Positions 1 through 11,137 of a stretch of 64,000 bases of DNA are shown in pieces (the first letter of the stretch is position 1; each line of letters begins with the position of its first letter). A model generated the notes under the pieces. It saw only the letters and a list, made by a program, of their open reading frames with translations, was not told where the DNA came from and did no database searches. Source of the DNA: Gemmatimonadota bacterium. Lineage in GTDB: Bacteria; JBHIER01; G020348925. The stretch is taken from positions 1,010,469 to 1,074,468 of the forward strand of contig CP070758.1 of NCBI GenBank assembly GCA_020348925.1, written 5' to 3'. The position numbers were made by a program, and so were the translations under genes.

Positions 1-1603
1 CACTCAGAGTACCCCATCTCAGGATGACTTTTCCGCTTTCCACTTCGGTTATGATTTGCGGCTCAAAGGGGGGCTTTGGCACGATCCAGCCGGATTCGAA
101 TATTCCCCTGGCAACCTTGGCATTTTTGAAGAGATCGGCGCGACTTTCGCCCATAATCGTGGCGCAGATCAGGGTATCGGTTTCACCGGGATCTAATCGG
201 AAAGGACCGGTATTGATGGTCATACCGGCTTTATATCCATCATTGTACAGTACTTCGGAGCCCATCGGGAAAGGATACTCCCAGGTCCAGTTGTCTATCC
301 GATCGCCATCAGGATCATCCGGATCCGTGTTCCCCCCCCACTGGCCGGTATTGGCCACATTCAGCCAATAAAAATTTTCACAATAATTGCCGATCCCATG
401 AACCTCCCCACTGTTGGTGGCATCAAAAGCATCCCAGGCTGTAATCCCCAACTCCTCACCGGTCAAGGTATCCTTGGGTGTCTGTAAGAAAATCACCCCT
501 GCCAGGGCCACCCTGTCCACCGGGCTTTCATCGGTCAGCTTGGCTTTGATTCCCGAGTCCCACTCACCGTACGTAGCGCCGGCCACCTCCCCATCCCCAT
601 CCCAGCCGTAGCCGATTTTATATTCCTTCCCCCTCTCCTCATCAACATCATAGGTGTCAAAAGCAAAACAGTCCGTTTTGGAATAGCTATTATATTGGGC
701 ATAGCTGGCCCAGGGGAAATCGAAATCGGCAAACATTCCGACATAGGTAGTCTCAATGGGCGCAGTGCCGATATTGGTGACGGTAAATATCCAGAAGAGA
801 ACATCCTCGGCCAGGTCTCCTTTCCAGCTCAGTCCACGGAGTGCCGTATAGACCATCAAGTGCCCGCGTGAACTTGAATCGTCGTCCCGCGTTTTGGCAA
901 AACTCACAGTGAAGCTCTCTTGATCAGCGATCACTTTTCCAGGGTAATACAGGTCGGGGGGAGAGTATTTATTGGGCCCTGCACCAGGAAATCCCAGAGA
1001 AGTATCCAGAGGAAGGGGAATTGGATCGGCCCAGCCCAGATTGTATATCGTGGGATAGGTAGAGTCCGTTCTGTCCAGTACAGGATCGCTGGTCGGATAC
1101 GTCTCCGGCCAACCGCCCTGAGGCCAACCGCTGCTGTCGTCGCTCACCGCGACAAGATTAGTATTCTCCTCAGTTGAGAGTGGCGGAATGTAATCGGGAA
1201 AACCGTCAAAATGAAAGCCCTTATAGAACCGATAGCTGGCCTGATCACCGCTCTCCACCAGCGCCTTGTTGGCACTGTTGGGGTCTTTCATAGGATTCCA
1301 GTCTGGACTCAAGTCCGTAGAAAAACCACCGACGTGAAACGAAACCCCTGTGGCATAATAGATGTGGCGTCCGCCCAGTTCCGGATTGTACGGAAACTCG
1401 AAAGCCGGAAATTTGGTCAACTCAAGGTACTTCAATCGTCCGGAACCAATATTGTTGGTGTTGGACATTCTGGTGACCAATTTCCCGACGCCAAAATTTC
1501 CCCAACGCTCCCACTCCAACCGCTGCTGACCAATAACGACTGCGTTCATTGTCATTAGCAGGGCTGCAAAAAACAGGGTGCCACATATACTTCTTTTTTT
1601 CAT
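1..1603 (-). CDS. Large secreted protein downstream of TonB-dependent receptor (partial, runs off window)
   Basis: Own translation: ATG at 1603 with AGGAG RBS, signal peptide MKKRSICGTLFFAALLMTMNAVVIG; same frame near base 1 reads PKPPFEPQIITEVESGKVILRWG, an FN3-like motif typical of these proteins. Missing from ORF track, consistent with no stop in the window; only the two ends were translated. Confidence 0.8.
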   Translation of the reverse strand, partial: MKKRSICGTLFFAALLMTMNAVVIGQQRLEWERWGNFGVGKLVTRMSNTNNIGSGRLKYLELTKFPAFEFPYNPELGGRHIYYATGVSFHVGGFSTDLSPDWNPMKDPNSANKALVESGDQASYRFYKGFHFDGFPDYIPPLSTEENTNLVAVSDDSSGWPQGGWPETYPTSDPVLDRTDSTYPTIYNLGWADPIPLPLDTSLGFPGAGPNKYSPPDLYYPGKVIADQESFTVSFAKTRDDDSSSRGHLMVYTALRGLSWKGDLAEDVLFWIFTVTNIGTAPIETTYVGMFADFDFPWASYAQYNSYSKTDCFAFDTYDVDEERGKEYKIGYGWDGDGEVAGATYGEWDSGIKAKLTDESPVDRVALAGVIFLQTPKDTLTGEELGITAWDAFDATNSGEVHGIGNYCENFYWLNVANTGQWGGNTDPDDPDGDRIDNWTWEYPFPMGSEVLYNDGYKAGMTINTGPFRLDPGETDTLICATIMGESRADLFKNAKVARGIFESGWIVPKPPFEPQIITEVESGKVILRWGTLS

Positions 1604-1702
1604 AGTCGGACTCCTATCGTAATGTCGGAGTATTGTGAATGAACAATAGCGGAGGTAGAGGATATATTGACGTTCATTTGAAGTTCACCAATTCATATTT
1701 GT

Positions 1703-4303
1703 CTAAAAGACAACCTGCAATCCGATTCGTGCGATGCGGCCGTCTGAGATGCGTCTCGGATTGGCGTCGTGGGCGGGGGGCGTGTCGGCATCACCGTCAT
1801 CGTTCCATTTCCCCGTAACATCATACACCCAATAGATATTTTTTCGATTGAAGACGTTAAAGATCTGAAGATACAAGGTTTCCCTGAGACCGAAAAAGTT
1901 GAAATATTTGCTGAGTCTCATATCAACGTTAATATTCCACGGCATACGTTTCGTATTTTTTTGCTCGGCCAGTTCTGAATAGGGTCTTCCCGATTTCATC
2001 TTGCCGTTCAGGCTGACGGCCCAGTTCTTCGGATCGCTGATACGTATTAAGGCTGCCAGATCGTGAGTTCTATCCCAGTCAGCCAGCCACGTCTTGTAGG
2101 CAATGGGCTCGCTGGAAACGGTTTCGGCTGCCGTCATAGGGCTTGAGGTACTGATCAGGGTTTGAGATAAAGTGTAATTGACCCGACCCGAAAAATAATG
2201 ACTGAATCTTTTATCCAAAGTAAGTTCTAGACCCTTGGAATTGCCAAAATCGACGTTATCGAAATAGACATAACTCTCGGCCCCCTGGATCCAGGTAACA
2301 CCGGCAAGGTCGGCCAATTCTCTGTAGAAGGCCGTGAGGTTCATGGAAAGATTTTCCATAACATAACTTTGCACGCCGGCTTCATAGGTTATCGATTTCT
2401 CAGGTTTCATGTTTGGATTGTGTATGGCCAATCCGATGTCCTGGAGATTAGGACGGTCAGGGAATCGACCCTCTTCGTTGATGCCGGATAAAAGATTTAC
2501 ATAGCTGGCAAACTGATAGAAGTGACCGTAGGCAAAGTGGAAAGCTGCTCTGTCCGAAATGGGATAGGAAATTCCCAATCTGGGACTGAATCTTACTTTC
2601 GGTTCTGTCTCCAAAAGGATGGTATCAAAAGGAATCTGCGGGTCCAGCATATATTTTTCGTCGATGTTCCAGCTTTCCAAACGCAGTCCGGCATTCAGGA
2701 TCATTCCGATACTCTCAAATTCCATTTTATCCTGGACGTAAACAGCCCATTCAATAGGTCGGCTATTGGTATAGGCTTTATGATTCACATAAAATTCTCC
2801 ATCGATTTCACTGCCGGGCGTGGTCCACGCGTTCTCATACCGATGAAAAAGATCGATGTGACGAAAATCAACACCGGCTTTCAACAGATGGGTGGACGCC
2901 ACCTGGCTGGTCATGTTGAAAACAAGCTGGAACGTTCTCGTCGTATCCGCCCAAAAATCATTATAGGCCCCTGTGTAGTAAAAGCCATAAATATCCTCTT
3001 CCTCCCTGGATTCCATGGCGATTCGTTGCTCCCTGGTTTTGTGAACACCCATCCAATAATCTATTTTCTGATAGGAGGCTACCAATTCGTAGAAAGTGCT
3101 CGGGCTCAGTAGGTGGGTCAGCTTCAACGTCAGGCCACTGCTTTTCGTGTCGCTCCAAGGCATACCGTAAGGCAGGTATTTATAATCGTGGTAATATTTA
3201 ACCTTTTTGACGTGAGCGGCGACAAAACTTCCCATTATTTTGAAGGCCGGACTCGCTTTCCAGGTCAGTTTCATAAGAGTGTTCCATTCGTCTTTCCAAT
3301 CCGCTGCCACCTCCTCACCGAGGGGATTGCCATGTTCGTCCTCGATCGGGACCTGCCCTTTCGAGTCGGTCCACTTTGGGATCAGGTAGCTTTTAAATCT
3401 TCCATCAGTCGTGCGTATCTGAGCATTTGTAAAAAAAGTGAGTTTTTTCAGAGAAGGTACCGGACCGCTAAAGGTACCCTCAGCCTGAAAGGTGTTGCGA
3501 TCGTAGTCCGGAATGCCAAAGTTATCTGTGTAGCCACTGAATTTGCCACTGTATTTCTGTGAACCTTCTTTGGTAACCATATTCACCACGCCTGACATCT
3601 TGCCTCCGTATTCGGCGTTGAACGTTCCCAGGATGGTCATCATTTCAGTCACTGTGCTACCGGACGTGTTCTGTGTATAATTGGCCCCGCCCCATATCGG
3701 GTTGTCCACTCTTGCACCGTCCACCACAAAAGCCGTCTCATTTTCACGTCCCCCCCGGATATGAAGACCATCACCCGGTGCATTCCTGATAATGCTCGCT
3801 CTTTCAGTTGGTTCAACAGAGGAAAGGCCGGTCTGCGTTTCCAGTAGTTGAGGAAGATTTTCCACCGGTGCTTTATCGATCTCATCACCACCAAAGGCCT
3901 GAAGACTTGAGGTGAGATCCTTCTGAATAGCCGGTCGCTCAGCCACCACGGTTACTGCTCCCATCTCGATGACGGTTGGGGACAATTCGAAATCAACCTT
4001 GGTTGTCACATCCGTTACAACTCTCACCTGTGTTTTGCTCAAGGAGCCGTAGCCCACCATAGTGGCTTTGACCGTATATTCTCCTGGAGGGACATTGATG
4101 ATGTAGTAGAAGCCCTGTAAATTTGCGCTGGCTCCCATCGTAGTTCCCTCAATAATTATGTTAGCACCTGGGAGAGGTTCATCACTCTGGGTATCTCTTA
4201 TAGTCCCTGAAATCTTGCCTGTCGTTCCAGCAAAGAGACTTGTTTGAGAAAAAATAGCCAAAAGTAATATGAAACGAATCACAGTTTTCATCTTTCGCTC
4301 CAT
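1703..4303 (-). CDS. TonB-dependent outer membrane receptor with N-terminal carboxypeptidase-regulatory-like domain
   Basis: Signal peptide, GTTGKISGTIRD..PLPGANI domain, plug motif LHIRGGR..FNAEYGG, C-terminal Phe. Confidence 0.92.
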   Translation of the reverse strand: MERKMKTVIRFILLLAIFSQTSLFAGTTGKISGTIRDTQSDEPLPGANIIIEGTTMGASANLQGFYYIINVPPGEYTVKATMVGYGSLSKTQVRVVTDVTTKVDFELSPTVIEMGAVTVVAERPAIQKDLTSSLQAFGGDEIDKAPVENLPQLLETQTGLSSVEPTERASIIRNAPGDGLHIRGGRENETAFVVDGARVDNPIWGGANYTQNTSGSTVTEMMTILGTFNAEYGGKMSGVVNMVTKEGSQKYSGKFSGYTDNFGIPDYDRNTFQAEGTFSGPVPSLKKLTFFTNAQIRTTDGRFKSYLIPKWTDSKGQVPIEDEHGNPLGEEVAADWKDEWNTLMKLTWKASPAFKIMGSFVAAHVKKVKYYHDYKYLPYGMPWSDTKSSGLTLKLTHLLSPSTFYELVASYQKIDYWMGVHKTREQRIAMESREEEDIYGFYYTGAYNDFWADTTRTFQLVFNMTSQVASTHLLKAGVDFRHIDLFHRYENAWTTPGSEIDGEFYVNHKAYTNSRPIEWAVYVQDKMEFESIGMILNAGLRLESWNIDEKYMLDPQIPFDTILLETEPKVRFSPRLGISYPISDRAAFHFAYGHFYQFASYVNLLSGINEEGRFPDRPNLQDIGLAIHNPNMKPEKSITYEAGVQSYVMENLSMNLTAFYRELADLAGVTWIQGAESYVYFDNVDFGNSKGLELTLDKRFSHYFSGRVNYTLSQTLISTSSPMTAAETVSSEPIAYKTWLADWDRTHDLAALIRISDPKNWAVSLNGKMKSGRPYSELAEQKNTKRMPWNINVDMRLSKYFNFFGLRETLYLQIFNVFNRKNIYWVYDVTGKWNDDGDADTPPAHDANPRRISDGRIARIGLQVVF

Positions 4304-4452
4304 TGATTGAAGGCTATACTTGATGAATCAAATCATAGTTTGAGGTTCCTATATTTATTCACCTCATCTTTTTTTTCAACAAGAAGACATTTTTTGGGGA
4401 TTCCTTATAATATTTGAATGTTTCTACATAGAATTAAAAACACATATCAATC

Positions 4453-5466
4453 TTAGCACGATTTTCGAATTTTCAACTCTGTCTCAACTTCAATCGTATT
4501 AATATCTCCATCCTCTTTATCTTCTATCTTTTTTATCAACAACTGGGCCGCTTTTTCCCCAACTTCGAAAGCAGGTTGTCGCACGGTCGTTAACGGAACC
4601 TCAAAGCACTCGGCAGTTTGAATATCCGCAAATCCTGCAAGCGCAATATCCTTAGGTACTGTAAGCCCCATTTCCTTTATTGCCCTAAAAGCCCCAATTG
4701 CAGCAGGATCATTGACGGCAAAAACAGCCTGAGGACGGTCCGGGAGATTCAATAACTCTTTCATAGCCTGGTAGCCAAGATCCTCGTGGAAACCTCCCAT
4801 CACAATGTAATCTTCAAGTATAGGAAGTTTGTTCATCAATAAAGCATTTTTATATCCTTCAAGTCGATCCAGACTGATGGAAACATCAAGAGGACCTGAA
4901 ATGTGAGCAATTTTTTTATAACCACATTTGATCATATACTCGACCATTCGACATGCACCCTCCTCATCATTAACAACTACACGATTGGCATTAAATCCCT
5001 TTAAATATCGATCAAAAAATACAAAGGGAGTGCCATTGTTTTGTAAATGATAATAGGGAGTTGGATCCACCGTATCCTGGGCTATCGATACTAATATCCC
5101 ATCGACCCGTTTTGACTCTAAGGTAAGTATCGCTTCCTGCTCTCTTTCAGCTTTTTCATCGGAATGACAAATAATTATCTGATATCCGTTATTATAAGCA
5201 ACATGCTCAATACCTTTTAGGGCATCGGGAAAAAATGAGTGGCTAATTTCCGGGAAAATAACACCAATAGTATTCGTTCGCTTCTGAACTAAACTTTTAG
5301 CAATTCCGTCAAGGCGAAAATTCAATTCCTTGGCCAGATTTAGGACTCTGGCCTTGGTTTCTTTGCTAATATCGGGATGATCATTGAGGGCTCTCGATAC
5401 TGTCATCGTTGAAACATCGAGTCGCTGGGCCAATGTTTTCAAAGTTACTCTGTTAGATTTTGCCAT
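4453..5466 (-). CDS. LacI-family transcriptional regulator
   Basis: HTH TLKTLAQRLDVSTMTVSRALN plus periplasmic-binding-like domain; start moved to MAKSNR at 5466 because the longer ORF runs through the operator array. Confidence 0.95.
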   Translation of the reverse strand: MAKSNRVTLKTLAQRLDVSTMTVSRALNDHPDISKETKARVLNLAKELNFRLDGIAKSLVQKRTNTIGVIFPEISHSFFPDALKGIEHVAYNNGYQIIICHSDEKAEREQEAILTLESKRVDGILVSIAQDTVDPTPYYHLQNNGTPFVFFDRYLKGFNANRVVVNDEEGACRMVEYMIKCGYKKIAHISGPLDVSISLDRLEGYKNALLMNKLPILEDYIVMGGFHEDLGYQAMKELLNLPDRPQAVFAVNDPAAIGAFRAIKEMGLTVPKDIALAGFADIQTAECFEVPLTTVRQPAFEVGEKAAQLLIKKIEDKEDGDINTIEVETELKIRKSC

Positions 5467-5503
5467 TGAAATTGTCCATTCTAAGGTTGTTTGAAGTGTA
5501 ATT

Positions 5504-5551
5504 GTTATCGATACCGTTAGCGATAGTGTTATCGATACCGTTAGCGTTAAC
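5504..5551. promoter_or_regulatory. Four tandem 12-bp LacI-type operator units
   Basis: gttatcgatacc|gttagcgatagt|gttatcgatacc|gttagcgttaac, each a CG-centred quasi-palindrome. Confidence 0.75.
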
Positions 5552-5553
5552 GG

Positions 5554-5582
5554 AAGATATGTCACTATTCTCCGTTTGTCAA
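5554..5582 (-). promoter_or_regulatory. Sigma70-type promoter of lacI/TBDR cluster
   Basis: TTGACA-17bp-TATCTT on minus strand. Confidence 0.7.
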
Positions 5583-6103
5583 GGAAATTTTTCAATTTTC
5601 CTCAAACTTTTTATTTTGTTCTGTTCCCAAGACCATATTAGAAATATGTAATGTTTATTATAAATTAATTATTTACAAATGAATAAAATAAATTTTACTG
5701 TTTACTTTCATTTATTATTACCCTAAGGATTTTTCACATTCCTATGCCCTACTATCAATCAAAATTATAATAATTACTTCCTATTCTGAATAATATCAGA
5801 TTTGCATCGAGCTGGACGTTAGAGTTGTCTTAAATAGGTTAACTATAACTATCTATTGCCGTGTTCTTTCATACATTATCTGTTATGTAGAAAGTCAAGA
5901 GATTTCTTGACGATTTTTTCGGACAGGGTGTACTCCTTCCTGAGATGTTGGTGAGACATCGTCTGGTTTTTCTTGTTCTCTGAAAAGTGCAAACCCGCTA
6001 AGCNNNNNNNNNNNNNNNNNNNNNNNNNNNNNNNNNNNNNNNNNNNNNNNNNNNNNNNNNNNNNNNNNNNNNNNNNNNNNNNNNNNNNNNNNNNNNNNNN
6101 NNN

Positions 6104-8500
6104 ACGGCACTCGGCATCACCTGTCAGAGGAGTGATACCCAGGATGTGGTTGACCACAGCCAGCACGTCGAGCACGTCGGTGCCACCGTCGCCGTTGGCG
6201 TCCCCTCTCGTCCCCTCGCACGTACCGCCGCACAAGCCCGGCCAGGTGATGGTGGCGCGGATCGTCTCGTCAACAGGATCACCTCCCGATTCCTTCGCCT
6301 GCCATTCTCCGTCGACAAACTCGTAGGAATTCGAAGGCGGATCAGGATCCTCGGCAAAGGGCAGACGCAGCGGTGGATCCGTCTGATCGACGATCTCAGC
6401 CCAGGTCCAGAACTCACCCTCTAGACATCTGAGCTCCTCGTACCCCGAGAGATCGACACCGTACCAATCTCTCCACCAACGCGTCGGTCCGACATTGGGG
6501 AGAAAATCGTCGGGGATCGTCATTTCCACGGGCTCGATGAGATCTGGTCCCGGCGTGCTGTCCGTCCCGGCCGCCATGACATGGACCCTCACCGTCCCCT
6601 CACCGCTCGTAAACTGGAAGGCGGCTTCGACTACATTGAATGTCGGGATATCATCCGGTGGGATAAATTTCATGGCCGGCCCCTCCCCCACGCTCCAGCT
6701 CCCGATCCAGTGAATACTGTAATGGTGATCCATCAAAAAACCCTCATTCGGCGGACATACGTAGATCCAATCCGAATACATGCTATCATTGGGCGGCCAA
6801 TCGTCCGGGAGGAACTGGTAAGCCAGAACCCGATACACCCCTTCCTCCGCCGGTGTCCAATCGAAAGAGAACGTCTGCTGTGCACCAGTCGGAAGGAGAC
6901 CCTGAAAAGCCGTCGTCGGTGCTATAACGATTGTGTGAATGGAGTCACCGCCCAGGACGGTCCAGCTCGTATCCTCCACCTGATAGAAGAAGAAGGCGTT
7001 GATGTCCTCCAGACCGAAGTTCCACAGGAGTAAATGCACCGGAGTCGGATAGTTCGCGGTGTTCGGAAAGGGAACATCGACTCTTCGAACCCCTGCATCT
7101 TGTCCCGGGGCACCCCTTGCCTCAAGGAGCATATCGTCGAAGAACACCCCTTCACCGTTGCCACCGTCGTCGTTGTTATCCGAGGTCATTGAGATACGGA
7201 TCTTAATCGAATCTTCGGTAGCATACCGGGCTAAATCCAGGGTTCCGTTGTAAATGACATCCTCATTCAACTGCGCCCAGAAAGGATTGGCCGGAAAGCC
7301 CTCCGCAGTCGTATCAGCAGCAAAATCAGGGTACCTCATGTAATCGTGGGTCAAATGGGTCCAAAAACGACCATCCGTCGTGATTTCGACATTGTAGTAA
7401 TCATCCAGGGCATCGTCTCCGTCACCGTCCTGATCGGGCATATGGCAATAGACCATAAAGGTAATCCATCCGAACATGCCGTCGAGCTTCATCCACGGTG
7501 TTTCAACCCAGTTGACGTTACCAGCGTCGCGCATATCGTCGGCGTCTATGAAATAACTGTGGGATGGACTGTACGACCGAACATCTGTCAACGTCCAGTT
7601 GTCACCGATGGTCACGGCTCCCGGTATTAGATTTTCCTGGTCGTCGGCGTTATCGAAGAACAGATTGCCCTGGCCGGGATCATCGATGGAAAAGTCATCA
7701 ATGAGAAGACCGTACAGAGAAGGGTGGTCCGCCGGATCCGTACAATCGTTTCCGCCAGGCATATTGAATGTCGAAAAACACCAGTCGCTAAAAAAGGCCA
7801 CCCGGATCACAACCGCCTCCTGGCCGACGTAGTCGCTCAGGTCAAACTCCACATCGACCCAACCAAAGCTCGTATCGTTGAACAGCGGTACACCCCCATC
7901 ATAGTAAATACCGTGAAACTCTAAGGCTCTTGATGTATCGTTGAGACAGTTATACCCACCGACAGGAATGAGAAATTCATCAAAGCTCGCTCCGCCATCG
8001 GTTGAAACCCAGACGTTCCATCCATCCCAATCAACCGGGTTATCGACGGACGCGGGATCGGATTCCTCGATCGTCCAATTGCCCTTCATGGTGAGTGTGG
8101 GACCGGAGACTTCACGGAAATCGAGGACCGGAGTTTCCAGAACCTGGAACCACCAATCGCCGTATCCGTAAAGGATATCGCCTAAATCGTACCCCTGTCC
8201 AACCTCACCACACCACCACGCCTTCCCATCATGGAATCCATCCATAATCGTTGGAACGTCATCAGTTGTGTGCCATTTGATTCCCTGATCCGTTCCGTCG
8301 ACCGATTGCCATCCCTGAGCCCCATCCTCAAAATCAAAGGAGTACAACGTCTCCACCTGGGCCGGTTCCCACATTTTTCCGACGGGTTGCCATCCGGGCT
8401 GCACCACTTTCGGTGGATCGCACTGTTTCCTATCACGGGCATAAACAAGCCCAACGACACCCACACATAGAATGAGAGTCAACAGAAACTTTTTACTCAT
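6104..8500 (-). CDS. Secreted acidic multidomain beta-sandwich protein with C-terminal dockerin (truncated at gap)
   Basis: Signal peptide MSKKFLLTLILCVGVVGLVYA; two jelly-roll-like FDFEDG/FFDNAD modules, Ig/CARDB-like domain; dockerin GDANGDGGTDVLDVLAVVNHILG. Confidence 0.8.
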
Positions 8501-8560
8501 TGTTCCAACCCCCCCAATAAACATATTCCAAAGAACTCTTTCTCTCGCCCCCTCAGACAT

Positions 8561-8596
8561 AAAAAAAGGCCTGATAGTATGGTGCCTCAAGCCTTT
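8561..8596 (-). terminator. Intrinsic terminator-like hairpin inside 5' leader
   Basis: AAAGGCTTGA-12nt-TCAGGCCTTT followed by T-run, 60 nt before ATG at 8500. Confidence 0.6.
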
Positions 8597-8840
8597 CACA
8601 GCAAAATTGAAATGATCGCATCACCCCCTTTTCATGCATTCATTCATGTACACAAGCTGACAGGACTCCCCCCAAGTCCCAACACTGGATTGAAGTTTGA
8701 CCTCACCTCCTTTCACTGAAAGATTATACATCCATGACTGAAGCAGAAAATCTCATCTCGGAAAAATATTTGACAACAGAGGATCACATTCTCGTCCGCC
8801 TGCGTTCATACTCCACGGTCTATTGAGTGAACTGTCATTT

Positions 8841-8869
8841 ATTATACAAAGAAATTGCTACATTGTCAA
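8841..8869 (-). promoter_or_regulatory. Consensus sigma70 promoter
   Basis: Perfect TTGACA-17bp-TATAAT on minus strand. Confidence 0.8.
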
Positions 8870-9293
8870 GTCTTTTTTTCTCATTTCTGGACTATAATAA
8901 TTTTATCTGGCAAGTTAATGAAAGCTAAGCATCCATGAAGATGGAACACGAAAATATTTCTTTTTTCATCTTTGCAATAACGCAAGCGGCATGCCTAAAA
9001 TCATATTAAGAAATATAAATTTCTATAATATTAAATAACAGTGGGATGGATCGATTTTTCCGTGAAAAATTGAACGACGCAACCGTCTCGATGCAAATTT
9101 TACCAGAATTGAGAAAAGCTCTTATAGTCCAAACCATTCCACACATAGCGAACACGTCCAAATACCTTTCAGATTACGATTCCCCCCCAAAAANNNNNNN
9201 NNNNNNNNNNNNNNNNNNNNNNNNNNNNNNNNNNNNNNNNNNNNNNNNNNNNNNNNNNNNNNNNNNNNNNNNNNNNNNNNNNNNNNNNNNNNN

Positions 9294-10253
9294 TAAGAAA
9301 AGTAATAGTAAACCTAATGCGGTTAATGTAATTGATTGGAACCAGCCCATAATCTGGAAAGACAGCAGACAAATCAATAAACCCGGGAATATAATTTTGT
9401 AAGTACCAATTTTCTGAGAAAGATTTCCGGCAAAGGGTGCAATGAGTGCGGTAATTCCAGCGAAACTTATCCAACCTACATCACCCGATGAAAAGTGAAA
9501 AGGAGGTGCTATTAGCCTGTATGTTAAAAAAGTAACCATTCCGAGAAATCCAAAAATCAGACTGAATCCGGCCAGGAGCAGTGATAGAATTTTGGGGTTG
9601 AAAAAGAGCCGTATTGAATTTGCATATAACCTGGTTAACTTTTGATGATTTTTTGACTTTTCATCATGCTTTTCAACAAGAGAAAGAAAGGTTAACGCTG
9701 AAAGAAACAAAAGAACAAAAGAAACAATTCTAAATGAAAACTGCCAACCGATAGCGGATGTCAGAAGACCCATCGAAACTCTGCCGAGAATAACACCCAA
9801 CGTTCCAGCGGCAACAATTGACCCCATATAAATGCCGATTTTGTTTTTTGGAGAGGTTTTCGCTATGTGCGGGAACATTGATGCCGGTATTGATGCGGCG
9901 CAAATTCCCATCAAAGCCATGGCTATTAAAAACAAACTGAAACTTGCCGCATAGGATGAGTAGAAAACCGTCACAGCCAGCAAAAGAACTCCGGATACAG
10001 CAATTTTTGGTAAATCAAATTTATCAGCGGCAGGACCGAGAAATAAAAAGGATGCGGAGTAAAATAATGAAACAATGCTGAATGAAAACCGCGCCTGGGT
10101 GATGCTGATTTTAAAGGATTCAGAAAGTTCTAAAAAAATTGGTTGCGTCATAAATACAGTAGAAACTGCCAGCAGATTAATTGTGCATGCGATTAATATC
10201 TTCGTCCTGTTTATTTTTAGAGTTGATTCAAGCAAAACCGTTTTTCTTATCAA
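9294..10253 (-). CDS. MFS transporter, YnfM-like (integron cassette 4, truncated at gap)
   Basis: Hydrophobic TM pattern, GPAADKFD motif A; begins right after attC R' box. Confidence 0.85.
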
Positions 10254-10262
10254 TTATTTTAG

Positions 10263-10312
10263 TTCTAACGTTGCGGCTCAGCGGCTCCGTCCGTTGGAGC
10301 CGGTGGTTATGC
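10263..10312 (-). mobile_element. attC site (50 bp)
   Basis: GCATAAC..GGCTCCAACGG..CCGCTGAGCC..GTTAGAA; 11 bp after GNAT stop. Confidence 0.85.
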
Positions 10313-10323
10313 ATTTCATCGAG

Positions 10324-10902
10324 TCATGTTTGTGAATCTCTTAACATATATCGATTTTTGACACCGAAAATTTCGGACTCAGAAACAACTTTGAACCCGA
10401 ATTTCTCATAAAAACGTACATTTATATCCAAATCTGTTTCTAAGTATGCTTTTGCCATACAAGCATCCACTTCCTTACAAAAACGTTCCATAAGTATGGA
10501 GCCAATACCTAATCCTTGATGAGTTGGCAGCACACCAATCGGACCAAGATGCCAATGTTGTTCAACCGGATCATGCTTTGCCCATTCTTTAAACCAGACA
10601 GATTTCCTCCAATCGATATCATTTTCATCTTCAAATACATCGGGATCATCAATTACTTTGCCAATGCATGACTTCATCCTCATGACTCCGATGATTTTTT
10701 CATTTTCCTTTGCCAGAAAGACAACCCCGGGCAGGTTATTGAAGAGTTCGTAAAACATTTTTTCGATTTCCAGACGTTCCTTTTCGCCATTACCCAGAAA
10801 TACGCGAATATGGTGTGGATTGTTAAGCATGGCAATGCTCAGTACTTTCGCAGATTGTTGGACGTCATTTTGTTCCATAAAGGAAATTTGAAGGTTGCTC
10901 AT
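10324..10902 (-). CDS. GNAT-family N-acetyltransferase (integron cassette 3)
   Basis: HWHLGPIGVLPTHQGLGIGS, AYLET, NVRFYEKFGF motifs; start moved downstream of attC (10902; 10920 and 10941 also possible). Confidence 0.9.
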   Translation of the reverse strand: MSNLQISFMEQNDVQQSAKVLSIAMLNNPHHIRVFLGNGEKERLEIEKMFYELFNNLPGVVFLAKENEKIIGVMRMKSCIGKVIDDPDVFEDENDIDWRKSVWFKEWAKHDPVEQHWHLGPIGVLPTHQGLGIGSILMERFCKEVDACMAKAYLETDLDINVRFYEKFGFKVVSESEIFGVKNRYMLRDSQT

Positions 10903-10937
10903 ATTCAATCCGTGAGTCATTTGAGGTTTTAATCGAT

Positions 10938-11062
10938 GCATAACGTTAGCATCAGCTGCCCTAGGCTTAGGAACGCTGCGCGTTAAGATTAGATAGAACT
11001 CGTGCACTGACGGTTTGGATTTCACCGAACCGCTCTCGGGTCAACTGCATGCATTGTTATAG
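10938..11062 (-). mobile_element. attC site (125 bp)
   Basis: CTATAAC..GCATGCAGTTGACCC...GGGCAGCTGATGC..GTTATGC imperfect hairpin. Confidence 0.85.
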
Positions 11063-11137
11063 CGCTTGCATAATGAATCCTTTTTCAAGAAAACATTCCA
11101 ATTCTTATTGTTTACCCTTACAGGAAACCTACAACCA

